A DNA stretch of 64,000 bases from a virus: positions 92,984 to 156,983 of IMG/VR virus record IMGVR_UViG_3300021478_000015; one strand, given 5' to 3'. The translations under genes were made by a program, and so were the position numbers. Each line of letters opens with the position of its first letter. The stretch's first letter is position 1. Shown piece by piece: positions 37,066 to 44,856 of this stretch. The notes beneath the pieces were generated by a model, which worked only from the letters and a program-made list of their open reading frames with translations, had not been told where the DNA came from and did not search any database.

Positions 37066-37226
37066 TGCAATGCATCGGTTACGACGAGGATGGAAAGGGC
37101 TTCGATTGTCCCAACGAAGCCGGTACGCCCTGGACACCGATCTGGTGCTTGCCCTGCGATGAGCGCCGTCGAGCCCGTATCACCCGGCAGTTCGCGGACT
37201 TGCAGAGGTCGCTAGATGGAACCTGA
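37065..37226 (+). CDS. small Cys-rich protein
   Basis: TGATG coupling; C..C..CxxC. Confidence 0.55.
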   Translation: MQCIGYDEDGKGFDCPNEAGTPWTPIWCLPCDERRRARITRQFADLQRSLDGT

Positions 37227-37440
37227 GAACGACGACTGGATCACCTACACCACCAACTCCTCGAATCTGCCGATCAGCTTCACCGGCAGCAACGCCCAGG
37301 TCACTACGGTGTCCTGGACCTACTACCAGCCTCCCACAGACCCCTCAGCGCCCCCTGCAGGCGTCCGGGAGCCCCGCAGGCCCCTACCGTCCTCCTGGTC
37401 CGGCTCGAACGCTCTGGAGCCCCCGGAGGGCTGTCCCTAG
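37216..37440 (+). CDS. hypothetical protein
   Basis: GAGG RBS; fills the gap up to the promoter motif. Confidence 0.5.
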   Translation: MEPENDDWITYTTNSSNLPISFTGSNAQVTTVSWTYYQPPTDPSAPPAGVREPRRPLPSSWSGSNALEPPEGCP

Positions 37441-37465
37441 CTGGGCCAGAGCAACGAAGGGGTGA
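37430..37465 (+). promoter_or_regulatory. late-promoter-like motif copy 7
   Basis: same motif; its TGA overlaps ATG 37465. Confidence 0.8.
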
Positions 37466-37722
37466 TGAGCACCTCCGAGTCCGGCAGCTTCCGCCACGTC
37501 ACCCAGGTGAACAAATGGTCGGAGGCTCAGACCCAGGCCGCGGCCGAGCACTTCGGGCTCACCCCCGACGAGCTTACCCATGATCAGTTTGTCGAGCTTG
37601 GCTGGATCCCGGAGGAGACGATCGAGGTCGATCACGATCAAGGCATCGTGACCCACACCGATGAACAGGGCCAGAAGCGGATCCTGCACATCGATGAGTG
37701 GAACGCCGAGAAGGGATCCTGA
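37465..37722 (+). CDS. hypothetical late protein
   Basis: starts at the promoter motif. Confidence 0.6.
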   Translation: MSTSESGSFRHVTQVNKWSEAQTQAAAEHFGLTPDELTHDQFVELGWIPEETIEVDHDQGIVTHTDEQGQKRILHIDEWNAEKGS

Positions 37723-37724
37723 GG

Positions 37725-38120
37725 ATGGAGACCACCGTGGGCATCTCCATCATGGAGCAGCTTCTGACCGGTACCGGCTCCCCGGTCCCCTTCGACAATG
37801 TCCATGCTCGCATCGGCCTCGGGGACGGCAACGGCTCGGTGCCGACCGTCTCGGCTGCTGACACCGCCCTCAAGGCCACCACCAACACCGTCTTCCTGCC
37901 CATGAACCCCGGCTACCCCCAGGTGGCCAACGGGGTCATGGTCTGGCAGGGCACAGCCGGGGCCTCCCAGGGCAACTTCGCCTGGAACGAGTGGTGCATC
38001 GACAACGGCAACACCGGGGTCCAGGTGCCGCCGCAACTGTTCAATCACAAGGGAGTGGCCATGGGGACCAAGACCACCGGGACCACCTGGACCTTCCAAG
38101 CCTCGATCACCCAGACGTAG
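37725..38120 (+). CDS. small fibre/collar-type structural protein
   Basis: IGLGDG..DTAL..GNFAWNEW..LFNHK..GTKT motif seen in phage fibre-attachment proteins. Confidence 0.7.
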   Translation: METTVGISIMEQLLTGTGSPVPFDNVHARIGLGDGNGSVPTVSAADTALKATTNTVFLPMNPGYPQVANGVMVWQGTAGASQGNFAWNEWCIDNGNTGVQVPPQLFNHKGVAMGTKTTGTTWTFQASITQT

Positions 38121-38564
38121 ATGCCGTTCACCACCTACTTCGATCAGAAGCTCATCCTGTGGGCCATCGGCCAGATGGCCTACACCCTTCCGGCTACCTT
38201 CTACGTGGGTCTGTCCTCCACCCCGCCATCCCAGATCCGGCAGGGCACCCCGGCCTGGGATTTCAGCGAACCGGCCGGGAACAACTACGCCCGCGTGGCC
38301 GTCCCTAACGACCAGGCTCACTGGGTGCCGCTCGGAGCCCAGCCGCCCACCGGCTACAGCATGACCAACAAGCTGGCCATCACCTACCAGCAGTCCTCCG
38401 GAGCCTGGATCGGCGGAGCCAACCTGCCCTTCTTCGGGCTGTGGGATGCCCTGCTCGGCGGGAATCTCCTGGTCTTCGGGAACTGTCAACCGGCACAGGC
38501 GGTGGGGGCTGGCAATATCACGCTTTCCATCGCCGTGAACGCCTTGACGGCCACCATCAACTAG
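38121..38564 (+). CDS. small fibre/collar-type structural protein
   Basis: YVGL..EP.GNNYARVAV..GLWDA..GGNLL; paralogous to 24651..25034. Confidence 0.7.
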   Translation: MPFTTYFDQKLILWAIGQMAYTLPATFYVGLSSTPPSQIRQGTPAWDFSEPAGNNYARVAVPNDQAHWVPLGAQPPTGYSMTNKLAITYQQSSGAWIGGANLPFFGLWDALLGGNLLVFGNCQPAQAVGAGNITLSIAVNALTATIN

Positions 38565-38575
38565 AAGGAGTCGGT

Positions 38576-38974
38576 ATGCCCACAGGTGTTTCTGCACCGA
38601 TCGCCAACAGCATGTTGGCCCTGATGTTGAACGGAACAGTGTGGGCCGGATACAACATCATCTTCGCCCAGTTGCATACCGGTCCCCCTGGGCCTAATGG
38701 CACGCTTAGCGTGGCGGCGGAGAGCACACGGGTGTCCTGTGGGGCGGCTCCGGCCTTCGCGGTCCCGGCCAACGGACAAAGCCTGAACAACAACCTGATT
38801 CTTTGGAGCAATGTTATAGCGGCGGAGACCTTCTCCTTTGTCAGCCTGTGGAATGCGGCCACGGCGGGTGTGTTCATAGTCTCTGGCTCCATCACGGCTC
38901 AAGCTATCAATCCCGGCAACAACTTCTCTATTCCTACAGGAGGGCTGGCGATTTCCATACCGCTCGCCAGTTAA
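38576..38974 (+). CDS. small fibre/collar-type structural protein
   Basis: AAGGAG RBS; QLHTG.PG..SLWNAATAG.F; same family. Confidence 0.7.
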   Translation: MPTGVSAPIANSMLALMLNGTVWAGYNIIFAQLHTGPPGPNGTLSVAAESTRVSCGAAPAFAVPANGQSLNNNLILWSNVIAAETFSFVSLWNAATAGVFIVSGSITAQAINPGNNFSIPTGGLAISIPLAS

Positions 38975-38977
38975 TCC

Positions 38978-40072
38978 ATGGCTACTTTCACCGGTACTGC
39001 TCATGTCTCCATCGGTAATGTCAATGTTGTTGTAACCGGAGAAGTCATATCTGATATCATGGGGACAAGTCACATTGTCCTCGGTGGCATCGACGTTGCT
39101 GCTATTGGGCATATCACCATCCGTTCCGCTGTCAATGTTCATCTTGGTGGAGTCCGGGTAGTAGCCACCGGCATCGTGACGGTGATGGGCAGCGGCCAGG
39201 TGGTCATCGGCCCGGTGGAGATGGCAGCCCTTCACACTCCCCTGGACATCACCTACGCCCCGTCCTTGTCCACCACCGAGGCTGAGGCCCGCTTGACCAG
39301 GACGATGGCTATCACCGCCGCGACCTCCACCTCGGTCACCGATGCCCAGGCCGTACTGACCTTGGACCTGGAGATCCCGCCTGACAGGGATGTTGGCACC
39401 AGCGTCGAAGCTCAGTCCATCCCCGACATCAAGGCCGCTCTGCTCAGCCACTACCTGGACCACTACGTGGTGCCCGATGCCAAGCACTGGGAACTGGAGA
39501 ACGAGCGCTTCCGCCATGATCAGGCCCTGTACCGCTACGGCGAGTACGCCATCTTCGTGACCATGTGGACCATGCAGGACTTCACCGCTGGGTTAGTGGC
39601 CCGCTGTCCCACCTGCTACGTGCCCCAGGGAGGCCTGGAGAACACCTGGAAGCAACCGGCTTACTTCAAGTGCCCGGATTGCCTGGGCACCAGCTTTCAG
39701 GGCGGCTACAAGGCCATCCTGGTCCGGCCCAGCCTGTGGTCCTGGGATGAGCCCACCCTGCAACAGCAGCAGCGTGGTGTCATCAACACCAACGTGGCCA
39801 CCGTCCAGACCACCTCGGACTTCCGGCTTCAGCCCAAGGACTACATCATCCGGGGTGACGGGTCGCGCTGGCAGTCCCAGGCCGTGACCGGTGACCATCT
39901 CGACACCGGCTTCGGTACCCAGTCCGGCATCTGGAACGCTACCGCCTTCATCTACACCAACGTCACCCGAGAGGACGAGTCCTCGCCCATCTACCTTTTG
40001 CCCATCACCGAGAGCTACATCCAGGAGACCATCCCGCAGTACTATTCCCGTGAGCCGGTGGCGGACTTCTGA
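38978..40072 (+). CDS. head closure/neck protein with Zn finger
   Basis: RCPTC...KCPDCLGT.F.GGY; located between adaptor and tail terminator. Confidence 0.65.
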   Translation: MATFTGTAHVSIGNVNVVVTGEVISDIMGTSHIVLGGIDVAAIGHITIRSAVNVHLGGVRVVATGIVTVMGSGQVVIGPVEMAALHTPLDITYAPSLSTTEAEARLTRTMAITAATSTSVTDAQAVLTLDLEIPPDRDVGTSVEAQSIPDIKAALLSHYLDHYVVPDAKHWELENERFRHDQALYRYGEYAIFVTMWTMQDFTAGLVARCPTCYVPQGGLENTWKQPAYFKCPDCLGTSFQGGYKAILVRPSLWSWDEPTLQQQQRGVINTNVATVQTTSDFRLQPKDYIIRGDGSRWQSQAVTGDHLDTGFGTQSGIWNATAFIYTNVTREDESSPIYLLPITESYIQETIPQYYSREPVADF

Positions 40073-40881
40073 TGCCTTCAGGGACCAAAGCGCCAGACCG
40101 AGTGATCATGGTCATTCCAGGGCTCCGTCGCCGCGACGCCAAGGTGATGGCTTTGCTGGCGGTGTCCTACGCCCGTACTCACGCTCCTAAGTTGACCGGA
40201 GTCTCATCCGCTTGGATCAGGCCGTTGTATGGCAACGGTAACTTCGGGATGCAATGGTTTCATGAACAAATCTGGTTTCAGAACACCGGAGTAAGACCAT
40301 TCTTGATGAGTAAACTGGCAGGTAAGACTGTTCCTATGTGGATCGATGATCCTAATGGTGATGTAGAGCGTCAAGAGCAAGAAAGTCTCGGTCGCGGTAA
40401 GACACTTCCTGCTAACAGGAAGCGTGTTTTCCCTGAGACTGGTCGTAAGCAGGTACTCATCTTTCGTAAGGCGGCCAAACCTACTAGACCAGTTTTTAAG
40501 GATGGCAAACTGGTAATGGTTAAGAATACCAAACAGGTCATACGTGGTAACAGGACGGTCACAGTACCTAGAAGCTATCCTGGCGCACCAGGCCGCATTG
40601 ATGAGAGACTTCGTACTGCTACTGGTAAGATCGGTAGGGGTAATATAGGTGTACGTTGGTATTTTCCTGGATTAACTCCTCGTAACTTCCTTCAAATGGG
40701 ATTAGTGGAGGCTTGTGATAGGTTTGGTGTTACTCCAGGGGCAATCCATACTGGATATGGATATATTCCAACTCTTGCTTCAGTTGGTGACAAGATCCCT
40801 GACTATACCGGTCAACCGATGGCTGAAAGGATGAACGCGATGGCCAGGAAGAGAGGTGCGTCACGTATCTCGTCCAACTGA
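40072..40881 (+). CDS. basic neck/tail-completion protein
   Basis: position; K/R-rich; W.FPG..PRNFL motif. Confidence 0.6.
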   Translation: MPSGTKAPDRVIMVIPGLRRRDAKVMALLAVSYARTHAPKLTGVSSAWIRPLYGNGNFGMQWFHEQIWFQNTGVRPFLMSKLAGKTVPMWIDDPNGDVERQEQESLGRGKTLPANRKRVFPETGRKQVLIFRKAAKPTRPVFKDGKLVMVKNTKQVIRGNRTVTVPRSYPGAPGRIDERLRTATGKIGRGNIGVRWYFPGLTPRNFLQMGLVEACDRFGVTPGAIHTGYGYIPTLASVGDKIPDYTGQPMAERMNAMARKRGASRISSN

Positions 40882-41543
40882 TGCACGTCATCACCACCGG
40901 TCTCAAGAGCGTCTTCACCCCCGAGTACGTCTCCATGGACGGCCAGCCAGACTTCGCCGGGCTGCATTGCTCCATCGAGTACCCCATCGACCCCCAGGAC
41001 TACCCCGGTGTGTGGGTGGACTTCGAGCCCGAGGGCGAACTCTCCAGGGGCGGCATCGATGACATCAACAGCTACCTCACCAACGGCAACAACACCCTGA
41101 CCCCGTTGTACCTGTGGCGAGCCCAGGGCTGGGCCACCTATACCCTGGCCGCCCTGTCCTCCCTGCAGCGCGCCCGCCTGCACGATGAGATCGTGCGGGT
41201 ATTCGCCTTCGGCTCCGATCCGACCGTGGCTGCTTTCCGGGACACCATCGAGAACAACAACTACCTGGCTATGAACATGGACTTCGATCGCATCGCGGAG
41301 CGAGGATCGGCGGCTACTCCCGGCACGCCCTGGGGATCGGAAGAGATCATCTACGAGGTGACATTGGCCATGCAATGCGTGATCGAGTTCTACTCGACTG
41401 CTAACAAGGACCAACTCTTTCCCCTTGATGCCATCCAGATTTACGGTAGTGCTGAGAATACGAATACCTGGACTGAGATGACTCTGGATAAGAACGGGGT
41501 CGTAATCGGCCCCGGCACACCCCCGTCAGATGGGTGGCAGTAG
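40881..41543 (+). CDS. tail terminator-like protein
   Basis: immediately upstream of the sheath; IEYP..YP motif. Confidence 0.6.
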   Translation: MHVITTGLKSVFTPEYVSMDGQPDFAGLHCSIEYPIDPQDYPGVWVDFEPEGELSRGGIDDINSYLTNGNNTLTPLYLWRAQGWATYTLAALSSLQRARLHDEIVRVFAFGSDPTVAAFRDTIENNNYLAMNMDFDRIAERGSAATPGTPWGSEEIIYEVTLAMQCVIEFYSTANKDQLFPLDAIQIYGSAENTNTWTEMTLDKNGVVIGPGTPPSDGWQ

Positions 41544-41550
41544 TGCTGGG

Positions 41551-41586
41551 CCTGTCTCTAGACCGATCAGAGCGACGAAGGAGTGA
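41551..41586 (+). promoter_or_regulatory. late-promoter-like motif copy 8
   Basis: same motif upstream of the sheath gene. Confidence 0.8.
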
Positions 41587-41673
41587 GAAGGCCGACGAGG
41601 GAGACGCTGTCCTGTGTCATCTGCCCTAATGCATGACGCAATCGAGACCCATAACAAGGGGGCGTGATACATC

Positions 41674-43149
41674 GTGTCCATCATTGACTTCACTCAGTAT
41701 CAGCCTCCAGGTGTCTATATCGAGCAGTTGGCCGTACCCCTTGTCGGGGTCACTGGCATCGCCCCTGACATCGTTGGCATCGTGGGGCCGTCGCAGGGGT
41801 ACCGCACCGTAACCGAGAGCTATGTGCTCAACGCTGAGACTCCGACAACGCTCAACCAGTACGGGGCTAATCCCGCCTCGGTAAGCGTCACCAATCAATC
41901 CGGAGTCCCGTACCTTCTCACCGACTACATCGTCACGGTGATCGAGGGTCCCACGGTGTCACAGAATCAGGTCCAACTGATGATGGCCACGCCGTCGAAC
42001 ATCAACCCTGGCTCGGCGGTCTACGTCACCTACCAGTACACCGATCAGAACTACTTTCTGCCGGTCACCTACACCGACTACACCTCGGTGAAGAGCGACT
42101 GGGGAGCCCCGCTCGACCTGTCCACCAACCAGATCCTCTCCCCGCTGTCCCTGGCCGCTCAGTTGGCCTTCACCAACGGAGCCAACACCATCCTCATCTG
42201 CCCCACCCAGGACACCGGGGGCGTGGCCAGCAGGTCCGGGCTGGCCGACGCCTACCAAAACCTGGCCGCGGTGGAGGCCCTGGACATCATCGTCCCTCTC
42301 CCGGTGGGCATCACCGGCACCCCGGCGCTGCCCGGCGATGTCATCAACATCGGCCTCGACCTGGCCACCTTCCTGAACAGCCAGGCTCAGGTGGGCATCT
42401 TCGGCGTGGGCCTGGTGGGCTACGACGCCGCCAATCAGGTGGCCCCCGATGTCATCGCCAATGGCATCTCCAACTACCGCATCCAGGAACACTGGCCCAA
42501 TCAGATGAACTACTTCAACGGCAGCAACAACGCCTCGTTCATCATCTCCGGCTACTACCTGGCGGCGGCCTGGGCCGGGGTCTTGGCCTCTCTGCAGCGC
42601 CAGATCCCCCTGACCAAGAAGAACGTGTCCGGGCTCAGTGGCATCCCCAACAGCGTCTTCACCACCATGTCGGTGGCCTACAAGAACCAGCTTTCCTCCT
42701 CGGGAGTGGCGGTGACCGAGCAGGTGACCGGCGGGGGCCTGCAGATGCGCCACTCGGTCACCACCCAGACCACCGCGGTGACCACTCGGGAGCTATCGAT
42801 CATCCGGGCCGGTGACGGCATGATCGAGATGATCCAGAACACCCTGGAGAACTCCGGGCTCATCGGGAGCGCCTTCACCCCCAATACCGTGGCCACGGTC
42901 AAGAGCCTGGTCCAGGGGGCGCTGGAGGCCCTGGTGGCCCAGAACACCATCGTGGGCTACGTCAACCTGGGGGTCCAGCAGCAGAACACCAACCCTCTCG
43001 TCGTCCTGGTGCAGTTCCAATACCAGCCTGCCTACCCCCTCAACTACATCGTGGTCCAGTACGCCATCGATGTCACCACCGGCTCGGTCTCGACGGTCAC
43101 CACCGCCCCCGATCCCACGGGCGGCTCGACCGGCAACACCGGCACCTAG
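41674..43149 (+). CDS. tail sheath protein
   Basis: YQPPGVYIE N-terminus; C-terminal YQPAYPLNYI; 491 aa. Confidence 0.9.
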   Translation: MSIIDFTQYQPPGVYIEQLAVPLVGVTGIAPDIVGIVGPSQGYRTVTESYVLNAETPTTLNQYGANPASVSVTNQSGVPYLLTDYIVTVIEGPTVSQNQVQLMMATPSNINPGSAVYVTYQYTDQNYFLPVTYTDYTSVKSDWGAPLDLSTNQILSPLSLAAQLAFTNGANTILICPTQDTGGVASRSGLADAYQNLAAVEALDIIVPLPVGITGTPALPGDVINIGLDLATFLNSQAQVGIFGVGLVGYDAANQVAPDVIANGISNYRIQEHWPNQMNYFNGSNNASFIISGYYLAAAWAGVLASLQRQIPLTKKNVSGLSGIPNSVFTTMSVAYKNQLSSSGVAVTEQVTGGGLQMRHSVTTQTTAVTTRELSIIRAGDGMIEMIQNTLENSGLIGSAFTPNTVATVKSLVQGALEALVAQNTIVGYVNLGVQQQNTNPLVVLVQFQYQPAYPLNYIVVQYAIDVTTGSVSTVTTAPDPTGGSTGNTGT

Positions 43150-43164
43150 TGAAGGACGCCTGAC

Positions 43165-43656
43165 ATGCAGACACAAACCAGACTGGTCGGCTCGGGGTTC
43201 ACCAGCTTCACCTTCAACGGCAAGGCCATCGCCTTCCTGGACGAGGTCCATGACTCCGGCCAGCAGCCCATCCGCCAGTACGAGGCGGTCACCCCGCTCG
43301 ACGCGCCCTACCCGGTGGAGTTCGCCCTGCCCCGTGTGCGGGCCGAGGGCACCTTGCAGCTAGTGGTGAGGGAACTGTGGAACCAGCCCGTCTGGTGGGC
43401 GCTGAACGGCCTCACCGGGTCCTGGAACATCGTGGACGTGTACAACATGATGGCCAACACCAAGACCCCTATCCTGGCCACCACGGTCATTCGCTCGCCC
43501 ACCGCCAACGCCAACGTGTGGCGGGGCTGGACCTACCACAACTGCGTGGTCACGGCCATCGATGATCGGGAGGCGGTGCAAATCGGCACCTTGACCTTCC
43601 CGCGCAATCTGAGCCTCATCTACGCCTACAAGACCGGGCTTCAAGGACAACTGTAG
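43165..43656 (+). CDS. tail tube protein
   Basis: 163 aa directly after the sheath; W.YHNC motif. Confidence 0.85.
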   Translation: MQTQTRLVGSGFTSFTFNGKAIAFLDEVHDSGQQPIRQYEAVTPLDAPYPVEFALPRVRAEGTLQLVVRELWNQPVWWALNGLTGSWNIVDVYNMMANTKTPILATTVIRSPTANANVWRGWTYHNCVVTAIDDREAVQIGTLTFPRNLSLIYAYKTGLQGQL

Positions 43657-43665
43657 GGAGGGACT

Positions 43666-43860
43666 GTGCTCGCCGTCACCCACTACCTGGCCACCAAGCC
43701 GACCGGTGGAGTCCTTATCTGCCTGGTCGTCGCCATCGTGTGCTTTGTTTTCGCGGCCATCCTGAGCTTCCCCCTCAGAGCATGGCCCTATGTCATGCAC
43801 TTGATCCTCGGTCTACTGGCGGTCGGGCTGGCTTTCTTTATGCTCGCTTTCCTCGTTTGA
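43666..43860 (+). CDS. small two-TM membrane protein
   Basis: GGGAGG RBS; two hydrophobic helices. Confidence 0.55.
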   Translation: MLAVTHYLATKPTGGVLICLVVAIVCFVFAAILSFPLRAWPYVMHLILGLLAVGLAFFMLAFLV

Positions 43861-43885
43861 TCATTCGTCCTAGTTAGGAGAAAAT

Positions 43886-44497
43886 ATGCAGGGTGAAGGA
43901 GAGTCATTCGACCCTCCTGTTTCGGACAACTTCATGGACTTTGGCACCACATCTCCCGAGTCAGGCGCGTTCTGGTCTAGCGAATCAGATCAAGAGAGCA
44001 ACTCCGAGCCATCCCACGACTCACATCCGGTGACTGAAGGAACGGTGAGTGGAGTACCGGAACCAGAGGAAGAGGAACTCCCCGCTTTCGATGAGCAGTA
44101 CAGACAGGATTTCATTGGGCTCACCTTCGTCGGCAAGCTCAGTTGGGACTTTGAATGGATGGGACATCGCTTCAAGATCAAAACGTTGATGACAGACGAG
44201 TTGATCCAGATCGGTTTAGTCCATGCGAAGTTCCAGAATACCCTGTCTGATGTCAAGGCTTATCAGACTCTGGTTGTAGCCGCTTGCTTAGAGGCCGTCG
44301 ACGGTAAACAACTACCGGTGCCCATCACCAATGATGTGGATCTGGTGGAAGCAAGGTTCGAGTACATCAAGAACCACTGGTATCCCTGGACCATCGATGC
44401 GGTGTACGAGCAATACCTCCTCCTTGAAGTCCGGGTACAGAAGGTCATTGCAGCAATGGGAAAAGCGTCGGGATCAGTGGAGTTGATCCCTGGCTAG
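43886..44497 (+). CDS. tail assembly chaperone (short form)
   Basis: between tube and tape measure genes; GGGAAAA slippery site near the 3' end. Confidence 0.8.
   Translation: MQGEGESFDPPVSDNFMDFGTTSPESGAFWSSESDQESNSEPSHDSHPVTEGTVSGVPEPEEEELPAFDEQYRQDFIGLTFVGKLSWDFEWMGHRFKIKTLMTDELIQIGLVHAKFQNTLSDVKAYQTLVVAACLEAVDGKQLPVPITNDVDLVEARFEYIKNHWYPWTIDAVYEQYLLLEVRVQKVIAAMGKASGSVELIPG
44458..44464 (+). other. programmed -1 ribosomal frameshift site
   Basis: G GGA AAA; the -1 frame is open from here through ORF 44557..44856. Confidence 0.85.
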
Positions 44498-44856
44498 CCT
44501 CTCAGTGTCGCCTGGCTGAACGACAGGGCCTCTTACGAGGCAAGCACCTCTCGCAGGTGCAGAGCGCAGCGCTCGAAGTCGTCATGGCCATGGAGGACAA
44601 CGAGAAGGTGCGCCAGGAGATCCAGTCGCTGAAACTGGCTCTGATCTCTGCTGATCCCGCTTATTACATTCCTCAGTTCTATCCCGAGATCGCACCCCCT
44701 CCAATGATGAGTAGCAACGTGGATGAGATAGCCGACACCATTGACGACGAGGAGACTCCCATCATCGACTTCCAACTCACGCCACCATCGGGCGATGAAG
44801 CCGCTGACATCATCTCCCGACTGTTGAACAACAAGACTGTGACGGTAGAGCCATGA
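44464..44856 (+). CDS. tail assembly chaperone, frameshifted C-terminal extension
   Basis: -1 frame reads SVGISGVDPWLASQCRLAERQGLLRGKHLSQVQSAALE... to stop 44856. Confidence 0.75.
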   Translation, partial: SVGISGVDPWLASQCRLAERQGLLRGKHLSQVQSAALEVVMAMEDNEKVRQEIQSLKLALISADPAYYIPQFYPEIAPPPMMSSNVDEIADTIDDEETPIIDFQLTPPSGDEAADIISRLLNNKTVTVEP

